From Eubacteriales bacterium (lineage in GTDB: Bacteria; Bacillota; Clostridia; Oscillospirales; SIG627), in contig JAZSAT010000046.1 of assembly GCA_045602025.1 (NCBI GenBank), forward strand, positions 8,778 to 72,777: DNA of 64,000 nucleotides, read 5' to 3'. Under the pieces are notes generated by a model. That model did no database searches and was not told where the DNA came from. It saw nothing but the letters and a program-made list of their open reading frames with translations. Below, one piece after another: positions 10,545 through 20,279 of this stretch. The translations under genes were made by a program, and so were the position numbers. Within the stretch, counting starts at the first letter, position 1; each line of letters begins with the position of its first letter.

Positions 10545-11455
10545 TACTGGACACCTCCTATAATTTCACTCAAAGATTCAATTCCATATTTTTCCATAAC
10601 GGATGGCAGATTCAAAATAATATCTCTGCAAGCAAATGGATCAACAAGGTTAGCAGCAACAACTTGAACAGCAGTCGCCCCTGCAAGCATCATTTCAATC
10701 ACAACCTCTGCAGAGGAAACACCGCCCATACCTACTACAGGTACAGAAACAGCATTTGCAACCTGATAAACCATACGAACTGCTACAGGAAAAATAGCAC
10801 TACCGGAAAAACCGCCCATTTTATTTGCAATTAGAGGCTTTCTGTTTTTCAGGTTGATACGCATTCCAAGCAGTGTATTGATCAAGCTGATACCGTCAGC
10901 ACCTGCATTTTCACAAGCCGATGCAATAGAAACGATATCGGTTACATTTGGTGAAAGCTTGATAATGATCGGCTTTTTCGTAACCTTCTTTACTTCCCTG
11001 GTAACTTCAGCCGCCGCCTCGGGACTTGTACCGAAGCTCATGCCGCCGCCGTGAACATTGGGACAGCTGACATTTACTTCGATCCAACCAACCTGATCAC
11101 AAGCATCAATTTTTTGGCAAGTGTAAACATAATCTTCCACAGAAAAACCGCTTACATTCGCCATTACCTTTTTATCAAAACATTTTTTTAATTTTGGAAG
11201 CTCTTCAGAAATTACCTTCTCAACGCCGGGATTCTGAAGACCGACCGCATTGATCATACCGGAAGAGCATTCTGCGATGCGCGGAGTAGGATTGCCGAAG
11301 CGAGGATCCTTGGTCGTACCTTTAAAAGAAAAGGTTCCCAGAATATTGATATCATAAAGTTCAGCAAATTCATAGCCGAATCCAAAGGTTCCGCTGGCAG
11401 GAATCACGGGATTGTCAAGCTTGATCCCACAGAGATCAACATTCATTTTTCCCAT
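10544..11455 (-). CDS. pyrD: dihydroorotate dehydrogenase 1B, catalytic subunit
   Basis: 303 aa with NPVIPASGTFGFG...NVSCPN motifs. Directly follows pyrK. Confidence 0.9.
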   Translation of the reverse strand: MGKMNVDLCGIKLDNPVIPASGTFGFGYEFAELYDINILGTFSFKGTTKDPRFGNPTPRIAECSSGMINAVGLQNPGVEKVISEELPKLKKCFDKKVMANVSGFSVEDYVYTCQKIDACDQVGWIEVNVSCPNVHGGGMSFGTSPEAAAEVTREVKKVTKKPIIIKLSPNVTDIVSIASACENAGADGISLINTLLGMRINLKNRKPLIANKMGGFSGSAIFPVAVRMVYQVANAVSVPVVGMGGVSSAEVVIEMMLAGATAVQVVAANLVDPFACRDIILNLPSVMEKYGIESLSEIIGGVQ

Positions 11456-12177
11456 AAAATTTCCTCCTTCATCAGAACAGGACCTTCCTTACAGATTCGC
11501 TTGTTTCCTGTAACGGTTTTGCAAGAACAGCCCATACAAGCTCCAAAGCCACAGCCCATTCTTTCTTCAAAGCTAAGCTGACCGGAAGTTTGGGAAGTAG
11601 AAAAAATTGCCTTCAGCATCGGTTCCGGACCGCAGGTATAAAAATGTGTATAAGAAAGATCTTTCATAACATCGGTAACAAAACCCTTGATCCCATACGA
11701 GCCGTCAACCGTGGTAACATACACATTGCAGCCAATGTTCTTGAATTCCTGTTCATAAAAGATCTCGCTTTTTGTATTAAAGCCAAGGATAACAGAAACC
11801 TGTTTTCCCTCGGAGATCAATTTTTTTGCCAATAAAAACATAGGCGGTACACCCACGCCGCCTCCGAGAAGGAGAGGCTTCTCGCCGGAAAGCATTGTAT
11901 CATAGCCGTTTCCAAGCCCTGTAAGAACATCCAGTGTTCCCTCTTTCATGCGGCTCATTTGCTCCGTTCCGGCTCCTACGACCTTGTAAATGATCGTAAC
12001 CGATGTTTCATCCAGATCACAGACGGAAATAGGGCGACGGAGGAAATGTCCGTCAAGCTTGATATTAATAAACTGGCCGGGAAATGTGATATCAGAAACA
12101 TCACCAACAAGGCGCATCTGATACACACTTTCCGTCAAAGGAATATTTTGCGCAATGGTAAAAAGTCCTTGTTTCAT
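11443..12177 (-). CDS. pyrK: dihydroorotate dehydrogenase electron transfer subunit
   Basis: 244 aa. FAD/NAD-binding fold and a C-terminal 2Fe-2S motif CGFGACMGCSC. Confidence 0.88.
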   Translation of the reverse strand: MKQGLFTIAQNIPLTESVYQMRLVGDVSDITFPGQFINIKLDGHFLRRPISVCDLDETSVTIIYKVVGAGTEQMSRMKEGTLDVLTGLGNGYDTMLSGEKPLLLGGGVGVPPMFLLAKKLISEGKQVSVILGFNTKSEIFYEQEFKNIGCNVYVTTVDGSYGIKGFVTDVMKDLSYTHFYTCGPEPMLKAIFSTSQTSGQLSFEERMGCGFGACMGCSCKTVTGNKRICKEGPVLMKEEILWEK

Positions 12178-12186
12178 AAAATCCTC

Positions 12187-15100
12187 TTATGCATCAATGG
12201 TGGAAATAGTAAGAGTGGTTTCTTCCAAAACATCCAAGAGAACTCTTACGGTATCCAGTGCTGTAAAGATCGTAACATTGTTTTCGGTAGCAAAAGAACG
12301 AATCTGAGAACCGTCGTTCATCTGGTTGGAATCACCGATGTCGCGGGTATTGATTACATATGCAATGTGACCCTGGCGAAGTGCTTCGGGTATTTCACTG
12401 TTACCGTCTGTGATCTTCTGAAGAACGCGGGTACGAATTCCATTTTCCTTCAAGAACTTTGCCGTACCGGGAGTTGCTTCAATATTAAAACCGAGATTGT
12501 AGAATCTGCGGATCAAGGGAAGTGCCTCTTCCTTATCTTTATCCGCAATGGTCGCAAAGACAGTACCGTAATTCTGAAGTCTTGTTCCGGCAGCCTGAAG
12601 TGCTTTATAAAGAGCACGGTTCAGCTTATCGTCATAACCGATTGCTTCGCCGGTAGATTTCATTTCGGGAGAAAGATATGCATCAAGTCCTCTGATCTTG
12701 CTAAAGGAGAACACAGGAACCTTAACATACCATCTGTCTTTCTCATCAGGGTAAATATCAAATATTCCCTGCTCTTTCAGGCTCTTACCGAGGATTGCTT
12801 CTGTTGCAATGTCGGCAAGGCTGTAACCAGTTGCCTTGGAAAGGAAGGGTACCGTTCTGGAGGAACGGGGATTCACCTCAATAACATACACATCTTCATG
12901 CTCATCCACGATAAACTGAATGTTATAAAGACCAACAATGCCGATACCAAGACCGAGCTTCTTTGCATACTGAAGAATAATACCCTTTACACGGTCGGAA
13001 ATACTGAATGTGGGATATACACTGATAGAGTCGCCGGAGTGAACACCGGTTCTTTCCACAAGCTCCATAACACCGGGAACAAATACATTTCTGCCGTCAC
13101 AGATCGCATCCACTTCAACTTCTTTGCCCTGAATATACTTGTCAACAAGAACAGGCTTATCTTCATCGATCTCAACGGCTGTTTTCAGGTAATGACGAAG
13201 CTGATCCTCGTTGGCAACGATCTGCATTGCTCTGCCGCCCAAAACGAAGCTGGGACGAACAAGAACCGGATAACCGATCTCCTTCGCAGCAGAAAGACCG
13301 TCTTCGATCTTCGTTACCGCTCTGCCCTTAGGCTGAGGAATACCGAGACTGTTCAAAACCTTTTCAAAGCTGTCACGGTTCTCTGCTCTCTCAATGGCGG
13401 CACAATCGGTACCGATGATCTTAACGCCGCGCTGCATCAAGGGTTCGGCAAGATTGATTGCAGTCTGACCGCCAAGAGAAGCAACAACGCCCTCCGGCTT
13501 TTCAAATTCAATGATGTTCATAACATCTTCTGCCGTCAAAGGTTCAAAATAAAGCTTGTCAGCAGTGGTATAGTCAGTGGAAACCGTTTCAGGATTGTTG
13601 TTGATAATGATCGCTTCGTAGCCGCACTTTTTGATCGTGGTAACAGCATGAACGGTAGAATAGTCGAATTCTACGCCCTGACCGATACGGATAGGACCGG
13701 CTCCAAGCACAACGATCTTCTTCTTATCAGTAAGAATTGAAGTGTTTTCACCGGTGTAAGAGGAATAAAAGTAAGGAATATAAGCATTCGTGTGGCAAGT
13801 ATCTACCATGCGATAGCAAGGGAACATGCCGCATTCTTTTCTGAACTGATAAATATCAATTTCCTTGCAGCCCCAAAGGCGGGCAATAAAGGCATCGGAA
13901 AAACCGATTTTCTTCGCAGAAAGAAGTGTTTCTTTATCATTTACATGATTTTTAAGCTTCTCTTCCATTGCGATAATATTGCAGATCGCATCGAGAAAAT
14001 AAGTGGTGATCTGGGTAAGATCATGAAGCTCTCCAACAGGGGTTCCTCTGCGGATCAATTCTGCGACGCAGAAAACCGTATCATCCTTGAACTGAGAAAG
14101 ATAAACTTTAAGTTCCTCATCAGACATAGAGTCAAACTTAGGAAGATATACATGATTTGCGCCGATCTCCAAGGAACGGATGGATTTCAGGAAGCACTCC
14201 TCAAGATTTGAGCCAATTCCCATTACTTCACCGGTTGCCTTCATCTGGGTTCCCAGAGTGTTGGGAGCAGAGGCAAATTTATCAAAGGGGAATCGGGGGA
14301 ATTTTGCAATCACATAGTCAAGACGGGGCTCAAAGGCTGCGTTGGTATTGGCGATAGCAATATCCTCAAGAGCCATACCTACCGCAATCTTTGCAGTAAC
14401 TCTTGCAATTGGATAACCGCTTGCCTTGGACGCCAATGCGGACGAACGGGAAACGCGGGGATTTACCTCGATCAGGTAATACTCGCTGGTTTCGGGGTTC
14501 AATGCAAACTGAACATTACAACCGCCTTCGATCTTCAGCTCACGAATGATTTTGATCGCGCTGTTGTTAAGCATCTTCAGATCATGATCGTTGAGGGTCA
14601 TAATGGGAGCTACAACAATAGAGTCACCGGTATGCACACCGACAGGATCGATATTTTCCATACCACAAATGGTAATTGCATGGTCATTGGAGTCACGCAT
14701 TACCTCGAACTCAATTTCTTTATAGCCTTTTACACTTTTTTCAATCAAAACCTGGTGTACGGGTGAAAGCTTAAACGCGTTGGTTCCGATCTCAACCAGT
14801 TCTTCTTCGTTGTAAGCAAAGCCGCCACCGGTACCGCCGAGAGTAAAGGCGGGACGCAAAACCACAGGATAACCGATTCGCTTTGCAGCTTCTTTTGCTT
14901 CCTGAAGGCTGTAAGTGATCTCAGAGGGGATCGTGGGCTCCCCGATGGATTCACAAAGCTCCTTAAAGAGCTCTCTGTCCTCTGCTCTTTCAATACTTTC
15001 ACTGCTGGTTCCGAGAAGCTCAACGCCGCACTCTTTCAAAATACCTTTTTTCTCAAGCTGCATTGCAAGATTAAGACCGGTTTGTCCACCAATACCGGGA

Positions 15101-15360
15101 ACGATCGCATCAGGACGCTCATAGCGGAGAATCTTGGCAATATACTCCAGGGTCAATGGTTCCATATAAACCTTATCAGCAATGGATGTATCCGTCATAA
15201 TAGTAGCAGGATTGGAGTTGCACAAAACAACCTCATACCCTTCTTCCTTCAGTGCAAGGCAAGCCTGGGTACCTGCGTAGTCAAATTCCGCGGCCTGACC
15301 GATAATGATCGGGCCGGAACCAATGATAAGAATTTTTTTAAGATCTGTACGTTTTGCCAT
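12187..15360 (-). CDS. carB: carbamoyl-phosphate synthase large subunit
   Basis: MAKRTDLKKILIIGSGPIIIGQAAEFDYAGTQA... with a duplicated ATP-grasp half. I chose the start at 15360; the 45-codon upstream extension in the ORF track overlaps pyrC. Confidence 0.92.
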   Translation of the reverse strand: MAKRTDLKKILIIGSGPIIIGQAAEFDYAGTQACLALKEEGYEVVLCNSNPATIMTDTSIADKVYMEPLTLEYIAKILRYERPDAIVPGIGGQTGLNLAMQLEKKGILKECGVELLGTSSESIERAEDRELFKELCESIGEPTIPSEITYSLQEAKEAAKRIGYPVVLRPAFTLGGTGGGFAYNEEELVEIGTNAFKLSPVHQVLIEKSVKGYKEIEFEVMRDSNDHAITICGMENIDPVGVHTGDSIVVAPIMTLNDHDLKMLNNSAIKIIRELKIEGGCNVQFALNPETSEYYLIEVNPRVSRSSALASKASGYPIARVTAKIAVGMALEDIAIANTNAAFEPRLDYVIAKFPRFPFDKFASAPNTLGTQMKATGEVMGIGSNLEECFLKSIRSLEIGANHVYLPKFDSMSDEELKVYLSQFKDDTVFCVAELIRRGTPVGELHDLTQITTYFLDAICNIIAMEEKLKNHVNDKETLLSAKKIGFSDAFIARLWGCKEIDIYQFRKECGMFPCYRMVDTCHTNAYIPYFYSSYTGENTSILTDKKKIVVLGAGPIRIGQGVEFDYSTVHAVTTIKKCGYEAIIINNNPETVSTDYTTADKLYFEPLTAEDVMNIIEFEKPEGVVASLGGQTAINLAEPLMQRGVKIIGTDCAAIERAENRDSFEKVLNSLGIPQPKGRAVTKIEDGLSAAKEIGYPVLVRPSFVLGGRAMQIVANEDQLRHYLKTAVEIDEDKPVLVDKYIQGKEVEVDAICDGRNVFVPGVMELVERTGVHSGDSISVYPTFSISDRVKGIILQYAKKLGLGIGIVGLYNIQFIVDEHEDVYVIEVNPRSSRTVPFLSKATGYSLADIATEAILGKSLKEQGIFDIYPDEKDRWYVKVPVFSFSKIRGLDAYLSPEMKSTGEAIGYDDKLNRALYKALQAAGTRLQNYGTVFATIADKDKEEALPLIRRFYNLGFNIEATPGTAKFLKENGIRTRVLQKITDGNSEIPEALRQGHIAYVINTRDIGDSNQMNDGSQIRSFATENNVTIFTALDTVRVLLDVLEETTLTISTIDA

Positions 15361-15388
15361 TACAATACCTCCGCAAACAACAAAAAAC

Positions 15389-16597
15389 TTATTTAGACTG
15401 ATAAACGATTTTTCCGTTAAAAACAGTAGCAAGACATTTACCGAAAAGCCGGTCACCTTCAAAAGGTGTTGCTTTCCCTTGAGAAAGGAACGCATCGGGG
15501 TCTACGGTAAACTCTTTGTCAAGATCCCATAAAGAAACCTCTTCGCCAATTGGGATACCGAAACGCTTTCTGGGGTTTACTGCCAAAAGATCCAATAGCT
15601 TTTCAAGTGATAAAACATTCTTTTTCACAAGATGTGTGTAAAGAACGGGAAAAGCAGTTTCAAGACCGACAATTCCAAAAGCACTGCCTGCCAGGCCTTT
15701 GCTCTTCTCTTCAAAACTGTGAGGCGCATGATCGGTTGCAATCATATCAATAGTACCGTCAAGAATTCCTTCAAGAAGTGCCTCGCGATCCGCTTTATCT
15801 CGGAGAGGAGGATTCATTTTAAATCTTCCCTCTTCTTTCAGATCGCTGTCGTCGAGCACGAGATAATGCGGTCCCGTTTCGCAGCTCACATCAAGACCCG
15901 CCTTTTTCGCTTCTCGAATCAAAGAAACACTTTCCTTAGCGGAAATGTGACACACATGGTAAGAACAACCGATTTCGGAAACAAGCTTTAAATCGCGCTT
16001 GATCTGCTCGTATTCACTGGCACTGGAGATTCCCTTGTGACCGTTTTTCTTTGCATAAGAACCATCATGGATATAACCGCCGTTTAAAAGGGAGTTCACC
16101 TCACAATGGGCGACGATCATTTTTCCGAGTTTTTTTGCTCTGCGCATTGCTTCCGCCATCAAGTCATCTGACTGAACGCCTCTTCCGTCATCGGAAAAAG
16201 CAATCACATAGTCAGCCATCTCTTCCAGATCGGAAAGGATTTCGCCTTTTTCTCCAACGGTAATAGAGCCATACGGAAAGACCGATATCAAAGCATCCTT
16301 TTTGATCTTTTCAAGCTGAATGTTCAGATGATCTAACGAATCCGGAACGGGATCAAGATTCGGCATCGTACATACAGAGGTATAACCACCGGCGGCAGCA
16401 GAAAGAGAGCCTGATAAAATGGTCTCTTTATAAGAAAAACCCGGCTCACGAAAATGCACATGCACATCGCAAAAGCCGGGAAAGGCGACAACAGTACCAC
16501 TGTCACAAGCGGTCAAAAAAGACCCCTCTACGAGGGAACGAGTCTTGGGGGAAAAGCTTTCAACGAAAGAAAGATCAATTTTTTTCTTCAGATACAT
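15389..16597 (-). CDS. pyrC: dihydroorotase
   Basis: 402 aa with metal ligands DVHVHFREPG and ATDHAPH. Confidence 0.88.
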   Translation of the reverse strand: MYLKKKIDLSFVESFSPKTRSLVEGSFLTACDSGTVVAFPGFCDVHVHFREPGFSYKETILSGSLSAAAGGYTSVCTMPNLDPVPDSLDHLNIQLEKIKKDALISVFPYGSITVGEKGEILSDLEEMADYVIAFSDDGRGVQSDDLMAEAMRRAKKLGKMIVAHCEVNSLLNGGYIHDGSYAKKNGHKGISSASEYEQIKRDLKLVSEIGCSYHVCHISAKESVSLIREAKKAGLDVSCETGPHYLVLDDSDLKEEGRFKMNPPLRDKADREALLEGILDGTIDMIATDHAPHSFEEKSKGLAGSAFGIVGLETAFPVLYTHLVKKNVLSLEKLLDLLAVNPRKRFGIPIGEEVSLWDLDKEFTVDPDAFLSQGKATPFEGDRLFGKCLATVFNGKIVYQSK

Positions 16598-16676
16598 AAC
16601 AAACCCCTTTCTCGTTTTTTGATGCTTTAAACACTAAATTACAAGCACCAAATTACAACAAAATACTATTTGAAAA

Positions 16677-16705
16677 ATTATACTACTAAAAGCGACCTTT
16701 GTCAA
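16677..16705 (-). promoter_or_regulatory. sigma-A type promoter of the pyr operon
   Basis: Minus strand: TTGACA (16700-16705), 17 nt spacer, TATAAT (16677-16682), about 80 nt upstream of the pyrC ATG. Confidence 0.6.
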
Positions 16706-16780
16706 CAGTTTTAGAACCGTCAAAAAGCATAAATTATCAAAAAAGAATGGATATTTTTTGTTTGAAATCGGAAAAAGAAA

Positions 16781-16805
16781 AAGCAAGCCTCGGCGCTTGC
16801 TTTTC
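16781..16805 (-). terminator. intrinsic terminator after radC
   Basis: Minus strand: AAGCAAGCGCCGAGGCUUGCUU followed by a U-rich run. Confidence 0.6.
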
Positions 16806-17550
16806 AATCATTGATCTTTCTTTCCAAAAAAGTTTCATTTTTCTCTTTAATCGTTTGATAGACCGTATAAAAAGCAGATTTTTGAATGCTAGAAAAATGC
16901 CCCTCTGCAATAATAAAATGGTCGATGAGTGTCACATTCATCTGTGCAAGAAAACTTTGAAGTCTGGAAGTGGTATTTAGATCCTCCGCCGAGGCAATCG
17001 GGAGACCTCTCGGATGGTTGTGAGCTACGATAACATATGAAGCATTGTGCTGAAGCGTTTCATCACATACCTTGCGAAATGAGAAAGAAACAGAGTTAAT
17101 ATCCCCTTCGTGAAGGATCACTTTCCCGCGAAAGCCGAGAGAATTATCATAAAAAAGAACAATTACCTGTTCATGATCAACACCTGCAAACTCTAAAACA
17201 AGATCTTGTCCCAAATGATGATAATCAGGAAGCTTCTTTTCCTCTTTAAAGCGGTCACGATAATACCTTTTGGCAACTGCAGGATAGGTTTTAATGAGTT
17301 CTGCAGCGTGTCTTCCGATACCATCTACAGAGCAAAGCTCGTCAACCGTTGCTTCAAAAACGGCAGAAAAACTGCCAAATCTTGTTAACAGATTGTGAGC
17401 CATCACATTTGTATCCCGTCTCGGAATTGCAAAAAATAAAATCAGCTCAAGAATATTATGGTCTTCAAAGCTATCAAGACCTTGCGTCAAAAAGCGTTTC
17501 TTTAATTTTGCTCTGTGACCTGCGTGTGGGTTTTCTTTTTTATCTGTCAT
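16804..17550 (-). CDS. radC: RadC-family JAB/MPN domain protein (UPF0758)
   Basis: 248 aa. HhH-like N-terminus and the JAMM motif VIVAHNHPRG...AS.ED. Confidence 0.85.
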   Translation of the reverse strand: MTDKKENPHAGHRAKLKKRFLTQGLDSFEDHNILELILFFAIPRRDTNVMAHNLLTRFGSFSAVFEATVDELCSVDGIGRHAAELIKTYPAVAKRYYRDRFKEEKKLPDYHHLGQDLVLEFAGVDHEQVIVLFYDNSLGFRGKVILHEGDINSVSFSFRKVCDETLQHNASYVIVAHNHPRGLPIASAEDLNTTSRLQSFLAQMNVTLIDHFIIAEGHFSSIQKSAFYTVYQTIKEKNETFLERKIND

Positions 17551-17675
17551 ACTATTTTCCTTACATAAAATTAATAATTGTGTTTAAAAAAACAGTTGAA
17601 AAACATTGCTAATTGTATTATAATAGGTTCGAAAATTAAGAACTTGACGGCTCACATAAGAAAAAGGAGATTATT

Positions 17676-19229
17676 ATGAGATCCAAAATCATCAGCATAT
17701 TACTTTGCTTAGCGGTTGCTTTTGCTTCCGTCTGGCTTTTAATAAAAGCTCCCACTGAAGTGAAAAGACCAACCGATGAGCCTGAGCATCCGTTAACAGA
17801 AGAAGTGCAAGGACTTGATAACGCAGATGTTTCGAGAGCCTATGTGATCAGTACCGCACATGACGCCGAAAACCTTCTTGATAAATTAGCATACGGCGGC
17901 AAAAACGATTATGAAAATGAATTTTCTGCCTTAGCAACTCGTTTTTCAAAATCTGCCGATTATTTAAAAAATGAGCTTCAGGATTACTACGGCGCAAGTT
18001 ATTTTACCAAAGTATCTGAAATTTTTCAAGATGTTTCTTCAACCCCGTTCTCTTCTTCTGCAGATTTTTCAAGCAGAGTTTCAAAAATATTGGTTGAGCT
18101 TGAAAACGCTTTTCCTGCTGAAATAGCTGAAACATTGAATGAAAACGACCCTAATACTCCAATGTACTACCCTAAATTTGATACTGACCCCAACGGCAAG
18201 ACGACACTTGCACTTCTTGCAATTTATCGGCAGCAGTATCAAAAGAGTACCGGCTCCGTGCTTCTTACCTTCGGCGGCAATATGCGCCCCGGCGACACCC
18301 TTCTTGATGCAGATAAAGAAAACAGCTTTCATACACTTCAAGAAAAGAATAAGCATAATTACCCGCTGTATTCTTTATCTTCCGTTTTATCTACCGATGC
18401 GTCCAGTTTTGCAAATCTCACCGTACCGTTAACAGAAGCTTTCGGTGATGGCGAGTATCACAATGCAGTCAAAGGCCTTCCCTCCTATGCAAAGCTTCTG
18501 GAAAACGGCGGTATCAATGTTGTATCGATCACCGATCCCGACATCAATTCTTTTGGTGAAAAAGGTAAGGAAGATACCAAAAACGCCTTAAAGTCCGAAG
18601 AGCTTCTCTATTCTGACGAAAGCACGATCACCTATCACCAAACCTCCTTAGGAACCATCGCTTACCTTAGCTACGATATTGTTGAAGATGTAAAATCCAA
18701 TAAAAATTTAACTTACTCCGAAATTCCGAAAAGAGATATTGAAACCGCAAAAAATGCCGGTGCAAAGCTTGTTGTTGTACACTTCAATTGGCAAACCAAT
18801 TTAAAGGATTCATGGAATACTTGCACTTCGCAGGTTTTGACAGCAAGAGCTGCTGTCGACAACGGAGCAAACCTTGTCTTAGGTTCACACCCCGGCACGA
18901 TGCAAGCAATTGAGCAATATAACGGTGTTAGTATTGTTTATTCTCCGGGTGACCTTTTCACAAAAGGAAGCGGTAATGAGAATGCCTTCCTTTTCCAACA
19001 AGCATTTTCATTGGACGAAAATCAAAATGCAGTTCCCGGACAGATTCAAGTCTTCCCCATTTCAGGCGCAGGTAGTGAGGAAGGAATTCCGAAGCTTTCT
19101 TTAGATAGCGCAAGTGCTTCTTCGTTTAGCGAGAAAATCCGCTCTTATTCAAGCGCAATCCGAAACGGTGTTGGCAAAAAGCCAAGCTTTGGTCTTGAAC
19201 ATTTAAACTTGATTTCCATACAAAAATAA
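17676..19229 (+). CDS. CapA-family (poly-gamma-glutamate synthesis-like metallophosphatase) membrane-anchored protein
   Basis: 517 aa. N-terminal TM segment, and a C-terminal region with LLTFGGNM...VVVHFNWQTN...LVLGSHPG, typical of CapA/PGA_cap. Confidence 0.65.
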   Translation: MRSKIISILLCLAVAFASVWLLIKAPTEVKRPTDEPEHPLTEEVQGLDNADVSRAYVISTAHDAENLLDKLAYGGKNDYENEFSALATRFSKSADYLKNELQDYYGASYFTKVSEIFQDVSSTPFSSSADFSSRVSKILVELENAFPAEIAETLNENDPNTPMYYPKFDTDPNGKTTLALLAIYRQQYQKSTGSVLLTFGGNMRPGDTLLDADKENSFHTLQEKNKHNYPLYSLSSVLSTDASSFANLTVPLTEAFGDGEYHNAVKGLPSYAKLLENGGINVVSITDPDINSFGEKGKEDTKNALKSEELLYSDESTITYHQTSLGTIAYLSYDIVEDVKSNKNLTYSEIPKRDIETAKNAGAKLVVVHFNWQTNLKDSWNTCTSQVLTARAAVDNGANLVLGSHPGTMQAIEQYNGVSIVYSPGDLFTKGSGNENAFLFQQAFSLDENQNAVPGQIQVFPISGAGSEEGIPKLSLDSASASSFSEKIRSYSSAIRNGVGKKPSFGLEHLNLISIQK

Positions 19230-19230
19230 C

Positions 19231-19268
19231 AAAAAAGAGGTTGCAAACGCAACCTCTTTTTTCTTTTT
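19231..19268. terminator. bidirectional intrinsic terminator
   Basis: GAGGTTGC-AAAC-GCAACCTC hairpin flanked by an A-run and a T-run, between convergent genes. Confidence 0.7.
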
Positions 19269-19273
19269 AATCA

Positions 19274-20149
19274 TTAAGAAAGGTCTATCCACAGAGCGGG
19301 TCTTGTGGAAATATAAAGTTCAGTTACTTTGTGGAAGGCACCCTCATAGAGATCACCGTCATCAGCGATCAATGCTGCCATATCCTGCTGAAAGCTGGGA
19401 GAACGCAACCACCAAGCAGTATTGTTAAAGGGATCGGAATAAGCAAAATGTAATTTCGCTGTTTCGGTAGCGGAAGTCTTTCTGGCAAGATTATCTTCAA
19501 AATAACGGTCAGCTTCCTCAATGGAAAGAAGGAAAACCTGGTCGAGCGTATCGTTGCCACCCTCGGTGCCATATTTGGGATTATCGTCATTTTTTACATA
19601 AGTTATAGGAATGATCCATTTTTCTTCTTCAGTAAAGCAATCCTTAATAAATCCGTCATTCAACCAGCTGCGAATAAAGCATTCCTCCCAAGTAATGGGA
19701 ACCGCTTTCTTGTGGTAGCGAACACATTCGATCGCATATTTGGTAAGAAGAAGAAGTCTGCCATCTTCTTTTTTGTCAAGAACAATCCATTCAACAGGTT
19801 CTTTACCGTTGTTGTAGTTATCGTCCTGATCAAAATGACCAAAAATAACAGTATCTCCAACCTTTGCATCGTGAATGGAATTATAAAACTCCTCACCGTA
19901 AAGAGATGTATAAAGCTCTTTTCTTTTTTTCTCTGCATCAGATCCCTTGGCAGTTCTTAACGCAGCAATGCCCTCTTTTTTATCTCCGCTGTCAAGAATC
20001 TCCATCGCTTCTTCATATGTATATGTTTTTTCAATATACTCAGGATCATCATTATTAAGAAAATGGAACAGCAAAAAAACGCCGCCTGTAACTACAGCAA
20101 GCCCTACTATTACAGAGACTGCAATAATTGCAATTTTCTTTTTACTCAT
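19274..20149 (-). CDS. membrane-anchored hypothetical protein (DUF6273-like C-terminal domain, WWLRSP motif)
   Basis: 291 aa. N-terminal TM segment (IAIIAVSVIVGLAVVTGGVFLLF). The motifs EWIVLDK...LLLLTKY and AWWLRSP are as I recall for DUF6273. Confidence 0.5.
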   Translation of the reverse strand: MSKKKIAIIAVSVIVGLAVVTGGVFLLFHFLNNDDPEYIEKTYTYEEAMEILDSGDKKEGIAALRTAKGSDAEKKRKELYTSLYGEEFYNSIHDAKVGDTVIFGHFDQDDNYNNGKEPVEWIVLDKKEDGRLLLLTKYAIECVRYHKKAVPITWEECFIRSWLNDGFIKDCFTEEEKWIIPITYVKNDDNPKYGTEGGNDTLDQVFLLSIEEADRYFEDNLARKTSATETAKLHFAYSDPFNNTAWWLRSPSFQQDMAALIADDGDLYEGAFHKVTELYISTRPALWIDLS

Positions 20150-20220
20150 ATATACACCCCTTTCTTTGCATCATTATAAATTAAAACTGAATTTTTAGTA
20201 TGAATTTTTTGTAAATTCCA

Positions 20221-20252
20221 AAAAAAATCCACCCGTTTGGGTGGATTTTTTT
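20221..20252 (-). terminator. intrinsic terminator after gdhA
   Basis: ATCCACCC-GTTT-GGGTGGAT hairpin with flanking A and T runs. Confidence 0.7.
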
Positions 20253-20279
20253 AGTGTTTTTATACAATTTTTTTAAAAA

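Noticed and set aside
11959-13740. 593-aa ORF on the plus strand, antisense to carB
   Set aside because: It lies entirely inside the strongly supported carB gene on the opposite strand. The translation is low-complexity with no motifs and no RBS. It is a typical shadow ORF caused by codon bias. The same applies to 25718-26854 (antisense to the ATPase), 9816-10667 (antisense to pyrF and pyrD), 39707-40423 (antisense to the histidine phosphatase) and 664-1326 (antisense to purD and purH).
16598-16676. Possible PyrR-binding attenuator or other riboswitch in the pyrC leader
   Set aside because: There is no PyrR binding-loop consensus (ARUCCAGAGAGG). The only hairpin (GGUGCUU...AAGCAUC) is followed by an A-run, not a U-run. 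No pyrR gene is in the operon.
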